DNA of 24,000 bases from Colwelliaceae bacterium 6441 (GTDB taxonomy: Bacteria > Pseudomonadota > Gammaproteobacteria > Enterobacterales > Alteromonadaceae): NCBI GenBank assembly GCA_040779345.1, contig JBFONU010000008.1:66244-90243 (forward strand). Reading direction: 5' to 3'. A program made the translations under genes and the position numbers. The notes beneath the pieces are model-generated. The model did not search any database and was not told where the DNA came from. It saw only the letters and a program-made list of their open reading frames with translations. This document shows, piece after piece, positions 1 to 8,852 of this stretch. Within the stretch, counting starts at the first letter, position 1. Every line of letters begins with the position of its first letter.

Positions 1-221
1 GCATAAACAATGGCATTATCATTAATATCGTTCGGAAAAGGTAAATAATTCACCTTAATATTATAATGATCATTGTCAATCGTTGTTATTACCTCTTTGA
101 TTTTTTCTTTTGATAAATTACTGGCATAAAAATGCAGTTGTGTTTTGGAAGAGCAAGCACTTAATCCCACCGTCAAAGATATAATAATCGACAGTGCTAA
201 CAAGCATTTTACATTAATCAT
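1..221 (-). CDS. putative lipoprotein, N-terminal part (gene continues past the window start)
   Basis: Not in the ORF track because there is no stop in the window. Manual minus-strand translation from the ATG (complement of 219-221) stays open to position 1: MINVKCLLALSIIISLTVGLSACSSKTQLHFYASNLSKEKIKEVITTIDNDHYNIKVNYLPFPNDINDNAIVY. A hydrophobic signal peptide ends in lipobox L-S-A-C. GGAG (complement of 231-234) lies 9 nt upstream of the ATG. No family recognised. Confidence 0.55.
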   Translation of the reverse strand, partial: MINVKCLLALSIIISLTVGLSACSSKTQLHFYASNLSKEKIKEVITTIDNDHYNIKVNYLPFPNDINDNAIVY

Positions 222-253
222 TTATTTAGACTCCATCACTCGAATAGCCATAA

Positions 254-289
254 ATTACAATTGTAATCGATAAGTATTACAATTGTAAT
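254..289. promoter_or_regulatory. two copies of the perfect 14-bp palindrome ATTACAATTGTAAT (254-267 and 276-289); candidate operator pair and/or overlapping divergent promoters
   Basis: Read directly from the sequence. Both copies are identical and self-complementary, 22 bp centre to centre. They lie in the 164-bp gap between divergent genes (ATG at 221 minus, ATG at 386 plus). Each strand reads TTACAA - 17 bp - TACAAT. Confidence 0.45.
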
Positions 290-385
290 TTAAATATGCT
301 TTATTATCAAATCCCAATACTTTTACTACACTTGTATTGTTGTCATGCTAAGTGCTAAATAAACGCCACTGAATAAGGAATACCA

Positions 386-814
386 ATGGAAAAAATACCA
401 AGCCCAAAATGGTTCTTGATTATTGTAGTCCTTGCACTTATTTGGAATATCATAGGATTAATCGCCTTCATTAATTACACTATGATGTCACCGCAAGCGC
501 TCAGTGAGCTGTCTTTACAAGAGCAAAACTTATATAAAAACACACCTATTTGGGCAACTGCAGCTTTCGCAGTAGCAGTTGTTGCTGGCACATTAGGTTG
601 TGTTTCTTTATTAATGAAAAAAAATAACGCAAGAGTGTTATTTATGGCTTCTGTACTCGGTGTTGTTATACAGAATGTCTATGCTTTTATTATCGTTGAT
701 TCGATTAGTGTATATGGCGTCGTGAGTGTGATCATGCCACTGATGGTATTCGCTATTGCGATATGCTTATTAATATTAGCTTTTAAAGCTAAAGCTAATA
801 ATTGGCTTAACTAG
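386..814 (+). CDS. small integral membrane protein of unknown function (about 4 TM helices)
   Basis: 142-aa ORF with AAGGAA 5 nt upstream of the ATG. Four long hydrophobic stretches: WFLIIVVLALIWNIIGLIAFI, IWATAAFAVAVVAGTLGCVSLL, VLFMASVLGVVIQNVYAFIIV, VVSVIMPLMVFAIAICLLILAF. No family recognised. Confidence 0.7.
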   Translation: MEKIPSPKWFLIIVVLALIWNIIGLIAFINYTMMSPQALSELSLQEQNLYKNTPIWATAAFAVAVVAGTLGCVSLLMKKNNARVLFMASVLGVVIQNVYAFIIVDSISVYGVVSVIMPLMVFAIAICLLILAFKAKANNWLN

Positions 815-1084
815 GGGCAGTTACTTTTTTGAGATTAAGTTTGTTCTAACTAAACGCTTTTTGTTCAAGACACGAGCAATGTAGCATGAGCATTCCATAT
901 AAATTGTGAGCAACACAGAAGAAATAGCGTTTAGTTAAACCCAAAGGGCAGCGTTTTTTGCTATTTATACGTCGTTATTGCTTTTTTATGAGGGTCTAAA
1001 TGGATGAAGGTGATTAAAGTAATGCTGGAGCAGATTATCTTTGTCTAAATACCAATACACTGCTGCAAAAATAAACGCGTATGA

Positions 1085-1996
1085 TCAACATCCCCTAGCC
1101 TTAAGCCAATCAACAATCTTAGGGAAGTGATCATCAACCGCCTTTATGTGGGTTAATATATCAATATGATCATAGTTATGAGCATTGCCTGCATCTTTCG
1201 ATAGTAAAGAAAACTTAGCCTGTTTATTTGATTCATCAATAAAGGCTCTCACATCATCTTTATGACCTAATAATTTGTCATTTATTCCTGTGATATGCCA
1301 TGTATCAGGCCATTCAATCAATAATGCTCCTTGAGAATAATCATAATTATCTTTGGGATCTTTCCATGGCAAAATCTTTACCCATTCAATACTTTGCTGT
1401 AAAAATAATAAACTTTCATTGTCTGAACCAAACTTCAATTTAACAGCATCAATGTAACCATTTTTTCTGGCTAATGAAGGCGCAAGTTTGTTCCAAAATA
1501 AATCAACCTTCCACCACTTTTGAAACCCTTTTTGATAAATAGAACGTTTACTGCCAAAACAAATATTACTGGCGATTTGTGACACTCTTTTGGGATAACG
1601 AGCCAAACAACTCGAAAATAATACCCCTCCCCAAGAATGACAAATCACATGAATTTTCTGTTGGCAACGTTTGGTAATAAAATCTAAAAATAACGGAATA
1701 TCTTGCGTGATAGTCTCGAATTGTCCATGTGATGAGTTTGCTTTTAAACTAGGTTTACTAAGCCCTTTTCCACGAAAGTCAGCAACATAGACATCAAAGC
1801 CATGGTCGGCAAGAAAGCAGGCCAGTCCCTTTCCTGATTGAGTGTAAAATATTTTTCCGTTTTCAATCACCCCGTGCAGCATAAGCACAGGTACACCATT
1901 TGCTTTTTTATAAATGTGACGAAGATGTAATTGATGTTCAGCATCATTGATGAACAAAGATTCTTGCTGTAGCTTTAACGGTACTTCGAGAGTCAT
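1085..1996 (-). CDS. alpha/beta-fold hydrolase (esterase/lipase-like)
   Basis: 303-aa ORF. It has an HG oxyanion-type motif (VLMLHGV) and a nucleophile-elbow variant H-S-W-G-G. Candidate Asp (GINDKLL) and His (NYDHIDIL) follow in the canonical order. Confidence 0.8.
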   Translation of the reverse strand: MTLEVPLKLQQESLFINDAEHQLHLRHIYKKANGVPVLMLHGVIENGKIFYTQSGKGLACFLADHGFDVYVADFRGKGLSKPSLKANSSHGQFETITQDIPLFLDFITKRCQQKIHVICHSWGGVLFSSCLARYPKRVSQIASNICFGSKRSIYQKGFQKWWKVDLFWNKLAPSLARKNGYIDAVKLKFGSDNESLLFLQQSIEWVKILPWKDPKDNYDYSQGALLIEWPDTWHITGINDKLLGHKDDVRAFIDESNKQAKFSLLSKDAGNAHNYDHIDILTHIKAVDDHFPKIVDWLKARGC

Positions 1997-2065
1997 GAGA
2001 ACACATTATAAGGTCAACGAATAAAGTTGAAATAGCATACCCTTACAGAGGTCAGACCACAACAG

Positions 2066-2683
2066 TTATTGGCTGTCTGGCTTTTTTTTAAGACTCATCA
2101 ACAAGCCGAAAATAGCAAGAAGTGTTACCAGTAACAAACCGATCACACCTAAAAATTTATCAATGCTCTTAACGCCTGTCCACTGTAAATAATGAATACT
2201 GTACATAGTGTTAATAAAGTCAGTATCAGCACCTTTCTGATGTAAACTTAGATTATGCCAGTCTAATGTGATTCGGATATTGTTATTAGTTGTGATTACG
2301 TTTTCTTCTATCTTTGCTATTTCACCATAACGTTCCCTATTATGTTTAATTGCATCGTTTATTAATTGTGTGATTTGTTGTTGATTGGCTTTTTCAATTG
2401 GCTGAAACGTAACTGGCGATAATTGTTGCCAGCCCTGATCATTTTTCACTAACACATGCGCACCCAATATTGTCTTTAACTGGCGCACTTCTAACCACTT
2501 TTGATGTTCAGGTAAATGAACTAACGCTTGTAAAGGATATTGTGTTATTGGCAGTGCCTGATAAGCCACTTTATAACCAGGCTTTAAAAAGAAAAATATC
2601 CCAGTTATAGTCCAAGCAATAAAAGGCAATAACATGACTAGCCCTAGATATTTATGAATATTTTTCAATACGATAACCGTCAT
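2066..2683 (-). CDS. PepSY-associated-TM-like membrane protein
   Basis: 205-aa ORF. An N-terminal helix (IHKYLGLVMLLPFIAWTITGIFFF) and a C-terminal helix (FLGVIGLLLVTLLAIFGLLM) flank a soluble domain of about 130 aa. The family assignment rests on architecture and the HKYLG-type start, from memory. Confidence 0.55.
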   Translation of the reverse strand: MTVIVLKNIHKYLGLVMLLPFIAWTITGIFFFLKPGYKVAYQALPITQYPLQALVHLPEHQKWLEVRQLKTILGAHVLVKNDQGWQQLSPVTFQPIEKANQQQITQLINDAIKHNRERYGEIAKIEENVITTNNNIRITLDWHNLSLHQKGADTDFINTMYSIHYLQWTGVKSIDKFLGVIGLLLVTLLAIFGLLMSLKKKPDSQ

Positions 2684-2841
2684 TTTTTTTGAAGATTATA
2701 TCAAAAAGATCACACTTGGGGGCAATTAAAAGTTAATTCTTCGTCTTGTTAGTAGTGTAAATGACATAACCTTGCCCCATGATTAACCTCTTAGAAAGGT
2801 GTCTCGAAAGGGCAATAATGCCTATTAGTTATATTCGTTAT

Positions 2842-4827
2842 TTAAATTTTAAACTTACCAACTTCTTCATTTAATTGTTCAGCATTAACATTTAAAGAAT
2901 CGCATCTATCTCGCATTTCATCTGCTGAAACTAGGCCTTTTTCGGCAATATCTTTAAAAGTATCAATAACATTTTCCATTTCAACTGCGGCCAAATTCTG
3001 CTGCTCCGTTGATTCAGTAATATTATTATTTTGTTCTTGTACCGAGGTTACTTTCTGTAAAATATCATTAAAGGTTTCACTAATGGTGTTAATTTGCGCT
3101 ACAGATAGCTTCATTTGTTGTTGGTTACTGCTCATAACCTCACCTGCTTCTTTTGAACTGGATTGTAAGCTTTCTATCATCTGTTGAATGTTATTAGTCG
3201 ACTCTTGTGTTCTACTGGCAAGTGTTCTCACTTCATCCGCTACCACTGCAAACCCCCGTCCTTGCTCCCCTGCTCGAGCGGCTTCTATCGCAGCATTTAA
3301 TGCCAGTAAATTTGTTTGCTCGGCAATACTTCTGATCACATTTAATACTTCACCAATACTTTCAGAGTTTTCTCGCAAGTTAGCAATAACTTGCACGGCA
3401 TGATCAATACTTTGCTCCATATCGGTGATCGATTGCACAGATTTTTCAACGTCTTCTCGCCCTTTCGATGCACTTTGATTAGCTTCTTGCGCACTTTGAC
3501 TCGCAATTTTAGCGGTATCAAAAATATTTTTAGCGGCTTGAGAAACCGAAGTTACCGTACTTGCTGCAACTTGGGTAACTTCACTTGATTGAGATGAACG
3601 CTCTGACGTTTCTAAGGTTAATTGAGAAAAATCATTGATCGTATTTTGTAAACTGCCTGACGACTGTGATACTTGTGAAATTAACTGCTGTATTCGTTCA
3701 ACAAAACGATTAAATTCAGTGGCAACCCGCCCCACTTCATCATTTGTTTTTATTTCAATACGTTTCGTTAAGTCACCTTCACCATGAGCAATATCATACA
3801 TAGCTTTTTCTATCGTTGTTAATGGCTTAACAATAGCACGGGTCACTATTAACACCACAAATGTGATAGCGCCCAAAATAATAAGAATGAAAACAATACT
3901 CGAAGTGATTGATTGATTAACTTTTTCTTCAACTAATTCCTGTGGCACCATTAAAATGAGTAACCAATTAAAACTGGGTTGATTACTTTTTATCTCAATA
4001 AAAGCGACTTCTTGACGAATATCGTTCCATATCACTTCACTATGACCAATGCTATCTTCAGAAAATTTTTGACTTAAGGCACTAAAACCACTATTACCGG
4101 GATGCCCATCCAATACTTCTAACTTTGCATTTAATGGCAGAGGCTCTTGTCCTTCAATGGAAGGCATGTACATCACCTCACTCGATTTATTCACTAAAAT
4201 AGCTCGCCCTTGTCCCCTGTAACTAATATTGCTGACAATATCGGCAATAGTCACTAATGAGATATCCATTCCTGCTAAGCCAAGGACTTGTCCATTAGTA
4301 TTTTTTAACGTCGAATATATGGCGGTATATATTGCTTCATCGATTGAGTCCACATCCATTTTACCAATATTTAAGCCTCCTTTTTCCAAGGCATCTACAT
4401 ACCATGAACGTGTTGTTAAGTTATAATCATCTTTCCAATGAGTGCCCTGCTCAAAGAAATATACCCCGGTTTTATGATGAGCAAAAAAGATTGATTTAAT
4501 GCTTTTTTCACTTTGTGATTCAGCTTTAAAGGTATTGATGATGTTATCAAACTCTTCATCTTGACTGACATCCGTATCTTTATCTTGATAACGATCAAAC
4601 CACTTTGCGATCTGAGGGTTTCTAAATAATGTTTCTAAACGACGGCCTTTTTCTTCAAAAAAACTTTTAATTTTATTACCTTCTAAAGTAACAATATTCA
4701 TCACGTCATTTCGAACAACTTTACGGCTATCACTTGCTAAACTTTTTACAATGATAAAACTGCTAAGCAGTAATAACACTGAAATTGAACCGAGAAGATA
4801 GATGAGCAATTTTCGAGATATTGACAT
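2842..4827 (-). CDS. methyl-accepting chemotaxis protein with a double-Cache-type periplasmic sensor, HAMP and MCP signalling domains
   Basis: 661 aa. TM1 is [21 protein letters not shown], followed by a periplasmic region of about 280 aa containing an R-S-W-Y Cache signature. TM2 is [20 protein letters not shown]. The HAMP segment reads [25 protein letters not shown]...DEVGRV. The signalling hairpin is the invariant [32 protein letters not shown]. Confidence 0.95.
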   Translation of the reverse strand: MSISRKLLIYLLGSISVLLLLSSFIIVKSLASDSRKVVRNDVMNIVTLEGNKIKSFFEEKGRRLETLFRNPQIAKWFDRYQDKDTDVSQDEEFDNIINTFKAESQSEKSIKSIFFAHHKTGVYFFEQGTHWKDDYNLTTRSWYVDALEKGGLNIGKMDVDSIDEAIYTAIYSTLKNTNGQVLGLAGMDISLVTIADIVSNISYRGQGRAILVNKSSEVMYMPSIEGQEPLPLNAKLEVLDGHPGNSGFSALSQKFSEDSIGHSEVIWNDIRQEVAFIEIKSNQPSFNWLLILMVPQELVEEKVNQSITSSIVFILIILGAITFVVLIVTRAIVKPLTTIEKAMYDIAHGEGDLTKRIEIKTNDEVGRVATEFNRFVERIQQLISQVSQSSGSLQNTINDFSQLTLETSERSSQSSEVTQVAASTVTSVSQAAKNIFDTAKIASQSAQEANQSASKGREDVEKSVQSITDMEQSIDHAVQVIANLRENSESIGEVLNVIRSIAEQTNLLALNAAIEAARAGEQGRGFAVVADEVRTLASRTQESTNNIQQMIESLQSSSKEAGEVMSSNQQQMKLSVAQINTISETFNDILQKVTSVQEQNNNITESTEQQNLAAVEMENVIDTFKDIAEKGLVSADEMRDRCDSLNVNAEQLNEEVGKFKI

Positions 4828-4860
4828 AGATAGAGCCTATAAACCTTTAAGGTAATAATA

Positions 4861-4879
4861 AATAATGATTATCACTGAG
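4861..4879 (-). promoter_or_regulatory. Fur-box-like sequence about 35-50 nt upstream of the MCP start codon
   Basis: Plus strand AATAATGATTATCACTGAG matches GATAATGATTATCATTATC (reverse complement of the classical 19-mer) at 14/19. The core on the coding strand, TGATAATCATTATTT, matches TGATAATnATTATCA at 12/14 specified positions. Chance matches are plausible in AT-rich DNA. Confidence 0.3.
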
Positions 4880-4943
4880 TTTAGCCTAAATAACACGTTA
4901 GGGTGTGTATCTCAATTGTTTCTATATAACATCCTTGCGGACA

Positions 4944-4973
4944 TAAAAAAACCTGCAAAATGCAGGTTTTTTT
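4944..4973 (-). terminator. intrinsic terminator ending the bkd operon (bidirectional shape)
   Basis: AAAAAAA-ACCTGCA-AAA-TGCAGGT-TTTTTT. The stem is 7 bp with A/T runs on both sides. It lies 22 nt downstream of the bkdB stop on the minus strand. Confidence 0.8.
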
Positions 4974-4994
4974 ACTAGGGAAAAACAATCACGT

Positions 4995-6566
4995 CTATGA
5001 CATATGAACAAGCATATTGCTGGGCTCTTCGAGGAAAGATTTCCATAAATTACAAAAACGAGCAATCGTGCCGCCATCAATGATTCGGTGATCGCCAGAC
5101 CAACTCACTTGCATAATAGAGCGAGCTTCAACTTCGCCTTTATCATTAAAACGCGGCAATGTTTGTAATTTGCCTAAGGCAACAATTGCTGATTCAGGTT
5201 TATTGATAATAGGAGTAGCCACAGTGCCACCGATAGCGCCAATATTTGAAATAGTAATAGTTCCCCCTTTCAAAAATTCGCTGGCCACTCGACCTGAACG
5301 TGCTGCATCAGTTAAGCTCATGATATCTTTTGCTAAATCGATGATCGTTTTCGTTTGTACTTGTTTAACATTAGGGACTAATAAACCAACTTTTGAGTCA
5401 ACAGCCATACCAATATTGTGATCATCAAAGTAAGTGAGTTCAGTACAATCTTCATTCGGCTGTGAATTCACTACAGGGAACTGTTTAAGCGCTAATGACA
5501 TTGCCTTCATGAAAAAAGGCATCATGGTTAATTTAATATCTTGCTTAGCATAGACAGCTTTAAGCTCACTGCGTAGCTTAATTAAATTGGTCATGTCTAT
5601 TTCTTCACAATAAGTGAAGTGAGGGATAGTAGAAACCGAATTCACCATCGCTTTAGCCATCGCGGCTTTAACACCACGAATAGGCTCTGTGCGTTGCCCT
5701 CCAACTCTAGCCGTTTGAGTCGATGAAACAGCTGGAGCTGCTGTTTTTTCATCAAGATTAAATGCAACAACATCTTCTTTATAAACGCGACCTTTTTTAC
5801 CACTGCCAGGTACTTGATGAATGTTAACATTCAATTCTCTTGCAACACGGCGAACAGCAGGACTAGCAACGGCTTTTTCATTAATGACTTTGGTATTCGT
5901 TGTCGGTTCTACTTTAGCTTGTGGTGAGATTTTGTTATCAGCAGGTATACTCGTTGCTGCTGTTTCCACAACAGCCACAGAAGAAGTACCGTTAGCTGTG
6001 ATTCTTTCAATAGCAAAAAGTGGCGCATGTACTTTTGCAATATCACCCTTTGCGTAATGTAACTTAACCACTTTTCCCGCATACATTGCCGGAATTTGAA
6101 CCAAGGCTTTATCTGTCATCACATCAGCAACAGGCTGATCTTCTTCAATAATATCTCCTTCTTTTACTAACCAATCAACCACTTCACATTCAACGATACC
6201 TTCACCAATGTCAGGTAAAATAAAATCTTCTATAATCATAGTGTCATTAGTTGAAGGCTGCTGGGCCGCTGGGGTTTCTTCACAAGAGCTAGCAACAGGA
6301 GTTGATGCTTGTTCAGTAGCAGAGTTATCGCTCGGTGTCATAGAAAAAAGAGGCTGATGTACTTTAGCGATATCCCCTTTTTGGTAATATAATTTATCAA
6401 CGGTGCCTGAATACATCGCGGGAATTTGAACTAACGCTTTATCTGTCATCACATCGGCAACAGGTTGGTCTTCAACAATAGTATCACCTTCATTTACTAG
6501 CCATTCGACCAGCTCACATTCAACGATACCTTCACCAATATCTGGTAATATAAAATCAATGCTCAT
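4995..6566 (-). CDS. bkdB: branched-chain 2-oxoacid dehydrogenase E2 (dihydrolipoyl transacylase) with two lipoyl domains
   Basis: 523 aa. There are two lipoyl-lysine motifs, DVMTDKALV (K43 and K153), and a peripheral-subunit-binding domain (ASPAVRRVARELNVNIHQVPGSGKKGRVYKEDV). The catalytic motif is SWSGDHRIIDGG. It is the last gene after the E1 alpha and E1 beta genes. Confidence 0.93.
   Translation of the reverse strand: MSIDFILPDIGEGIVECELVEWLVNEGDTIVEDQPVADVMTDKALVQIPAMYSGTVDKLYYQKGDIAKVHQPLFSMTPSDNSATEQASTPVASSCEETPAAQQPSTNDTMIIEDFILPDIGEGIVECEVVDWLVKEGDIIEEDQPVADVMTDKALVQIPAMYAGKVVKLHYAKGDIAKVHAPLFAIERITANGTSSVAVVETAATSIPADNKISPQAKVEPTTNTKVINEKAVASPAVRRVARELNVNIHQVPGSGKKGRVYKEDVVAFNLDEKTAAPAVSSTQTARVGGQRTEPIRGVKAAMAKAMVNSVSTIPHFTYCEEIDMTNLIKLRSELKAVYAKQDIKLTMMPFFMKAMSLALKQFPVVNSQPNEDCTELTYFDDHNIGMAVDSKVGLLVPNVKQVQTKTIIDLAKDIMSLTDAARSGRVASEFLKGGTITISNIGAIGGTVATPIINKPESAIVALGKLQTLPRFNDKGEVEARSIMQVSWSGDHRIIDGGTIARFCNLWKSFLEEPSNMLVHMS
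6012..6560 (-). repeat. intragenic tandem duplication (period 330 nt) encoding the two lipoyl domains of bkdB
   Basis: Residues 3-75 (nt 6342-6560) and 113-185 (nt 6012-6230) align without gaps, with 60 of 73 residues identical by my count. The DNA is visibly similar, e.g. ttcaccaatatctggtaatataaaatc versus ttcaccaatgtcaggtaaaataaaatc. Confidence 0.9.
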
Positions 6567-6577
6567 CTCTAAAAATC

Positions 6578-7555
6578 CTAGTAATTCACGCTGTGTTTAA
6601 TGGCTTCGTATGTTTTTAAATGATCGCTAACATATTCTTTTTCTAGTGCTAATGGGTATGGCGTGTCCATGCCACACACTCTAGCAATAGGCGATTCAAG
6701 ATGTAAAAAGCATTCGTTTTGAATAGTGGCAGCAATTTCGCTAGCAAAACCAGCAGTTAATGGCGCTTCTTGAGAAATCACCAAACGACCCGTTTTCATA
6801 ACCGATGCTGCAACCGTTTCTACATCCCATGGTAAAATTGAACGTAAATCAATAACTTCACATGAAATTCCATCATTGGCCGCCATTTCAGCTGCTTTTT
6901 CTATGATTTCCATTTGAGCGCCCCAACCAAGAAGCGTTATATCATTACCTTGTTTAACCACTTCCGCTTTACCTAAAGGCAATTGATAATCTTCTTCAGG
7001 AACTTCACCGATTGATGCACGATATAAACGTTTCGGTTCAAAAAATATCACTGGGTTATCATCACGAATCGCCGCTAACAATAAACCTTTAGCTTGATAA
7101 GGATTACGTGGTACCACAACTTTTAAACCTGGCGTATGAGCAAAATATGCTTCAGGTGATTGACTATGATATAAACCACCCGCAATGCCACCGCCGTACG
7201 GTGAACGTATAGTTAGCTTACCCACATTAAATTCGTTACCACTTCGGTATCTGAATTTTGCGGCTTCATTTACGATTTGATCAAATGCAGGGAAGATATA
7301 ATCTGCAAATTGAATTTCAGCAATCGGTGTACTCCCTTGAGCGGCTAAGCCGTTAGCAAAACCAATTATACCTTGCTCAACAAGTGGGGTGTTAAAACAA
7401 CGAGCTTTACCATATTTTTCTTGTAACCCGCTGGTAGCACGAAAAACACCACCAAAATGTCCAACATCTTCACCAAAACATAATGCACTATCGTTTTCTG
7501 CCATGGCAATATCTAAAGCGTTATTCACCGCTTGTAATAAATTCATTTGAGCCAT
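6578..7555 (-). CDS. bkdA2: branched-chain 2-oxoacid dehydrogenase E1 beta subunit
   Basis: 325 aa with typical E1-beta/transketolase-like sequence ([36 protein letters not shown]). Its ATG overlaps the E1-alpha stop as TAATG (7553-7557), suggesting translational coupling. Confidence 0.95.
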   Translation of the reverse strand: MAQMNLLQAVNNALDIAMAENDSALCFGEDVGHFGGVFRATSGLQEKYGKARCFNTPLVEQGIIGFANGLAAQGSTPIAEIQFADYIFPAFDQIVNEAAKFRYRSGNEFNVGKLTIRSPYGGGIAGGLYHSQSPEAYFAHTPGLKVVVPRNPYQAKGLLLAAIRDDNPVIFFEPKRLYRASIGEVPEEDYQLPLGKAEVVKQGNDITLLGWGAQMEIIEKAAEMAANDGISCEVIDLRSILPWDVETVAASVMKTGRLVISQEAPLTAGFASEIAATIQNECFLHLESPIARVCGMDTPYPLALEKEYVSDHLKTYEAIKHSVNY

Positions 7556-8739
7556 TACTTAATTCTCCCTGCAGTAAACGGGTATGATTCTGGATATTTT
7601 TTAATATGAAGTTTCAGATCAGCTAATTGCTGTTGTAAATGTTGCGGTACTTGGTCATAAACATCATTCACGAGATCTTCAACGGGTGGTTTATCGACTT
7701 TTTCAGCAACTTTTACCGCCGCTAGCACTTCTTCGCGTAAACCTTCAAAAAGAGACGTTTCTTGCTCTTCATTCCACCAATCTTTGGCTAATAACCAATT
7801 TTTCATTCTTAAAATAGGATCGTGAGCTTGCCATTTAGCTTCTTCTTCGCGTGTACGATAACCAGACGGATCATCTGAGGTAGAATGTGCCCCTAAACGA
7901 TAAGACATTGCCTCAATGATCACTGGTTTATTTTCTTTCAAAGCGTATTCGCGAGCTAACTGAGTCGCCTTTAACACCGCTAATATATCATTACCGTCAA
8001 TACGAATTGTTTTTATCCCATAACCCACACCACGTGAAGCAATACCATTACCTTTATATTGCTCATCAGCAGGTGTTGATATCGCATAGCCATTATTTCG
8101 GCAAAAGAAGATCACAGGCGCTTGGTGAACCGCAGCCATATTTAATCCAGCATGAAAATCCCCTTCTGATGCAGCACCCTCACCAAAATAACACAAGGTT
8201 ACAGCACTTTTTCCTTGAAGCTTTTGGCCATAAGCATAACCTGCGGCTTGTGGAATTTGAGTGCCTAAAGGAGAAGAAATTGTCATGTAATTAAGAGCAT
8301 TACTTCCGTAATGAATAGGCATTTGTCGACCTTTGCCTAAATCTTTTTCGTTAGAAAACATTTGGTTCATAAAGTCTTCTAAAGCAAAACCGCGATACAT
8401 TAATGCACCTTGCTCGCGATATTGAGCCATGATCATATCTTGATCTTCAAGACCTGCTGCTCCACCGACACTAGCGGCTTCTTCGCCAAGTGCTGCCATA
8501 TAAAAACTAATGCGACCTTGACGTTGGGCTCCCACCATCCGTTCATCTAAAACTCGGTGAAAAGCCAATGTTTTATATATTTTAATTGCTAATGTTTGGT
8601 CAATATCCGGTAAGTCTGCACCATCATAAACAGTACCATCTTGCTGGAGTATTTTAAGAATAGGAATTTCAACAGAGTGACCATCAATAAAAGCGGGTTG
8701 GTGGACAACCGTGCTTTCTTTGTAAACTTCAGAGTTCAT
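7555..8739 (-). CDS. bkdA1: branched-chain 2-oxoacid dehydrogenase E1 alpha subunit (TPP-dependent)
   Basis: The TPP-binding motif is [36 protein letters not shown]. The ORF-track start (8811) is a TTG with no RBS. I prefer Met25 (ATG, complement of 8737-8739), which has AAGAGAA 5-6 nt upstream. That gives [10 protein letters not shown]... and a 394-aa product. Confidence 0.9.
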   Translation of the reverse strand: MNSEVYKESTVVHQPAFIDGHSVEIPILKILQQDGTVYDGADLPDIDQTLAIKIYKTLAFHRVLDERMVGAQRQGRISFYMAALGEEAASVGGAAGLEDQDMIMAQYREQGALMYRGFALEDFMNQMFSNEKDLGKGRQMPIHYGSNALNYMTISSPLGTQIPQAAGYAYGQKLQGKSAVTLCYFGEGAASEGDFHAGLNMAAVHQAPVIFFCRNNGYAISTPADEQYKGNGIASRGVGYGIKTIRIDGNDILAVLKATQLAREYALKENKPVIIEAMSYRLGAHSTSDDPSGYRTREEEAKWQAHDPILRMKNWLLAKDWWNEEQETSLFEGLREEVLAAVKVAEKVDKPPVEDLVNDVYDQVPQHLQQQLADLKLHIKKYPESYPFTAGRIK

Positions 8740-8852
8740 AGCATTCTCTTTATTATTTGCCTTGCGAACAAGTGATTCTTGAATCAAGTATAGCTTCACC
8801 ATACTTGGCAAGTATTTAAATTATTGCCTGGGTCTTTGCCCACTATTTAAGT

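Noticed and set aside
3188-4598. Track ORFs 3188-3403(+), 3391-3588(+), 4229-4426(+) and 4416-4598(-), all inside the first MCP gene
   Set aside because: They are embedded entirely in a high-confidence 661-aa CDS, either antisense or in an alternate frame. Their composition is low-complexity or odd, they have no RBS, and no family is recognisable. They are typical shadow ORFs.
5170-6057. Track ORFs 5170-5421(+), 5642-5830(-) and 5821-6057(+), all inside bkdB
   Set aside because: These are shadow ORFs within a well-supported E2 gene, with no independent coding evidence.
8740-8811. N-terminal extensions of track ORFs: bkdA1 to 8811, pgm to 12774 and fur from 15677
   Set aside because: The bkdA1 and fur extensions start at TTG, and none of the three has a ribosome-binding site. 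All add residues absent from well-known homologues. Internal ATGs with good RBS reproduce the canonical N-termini.
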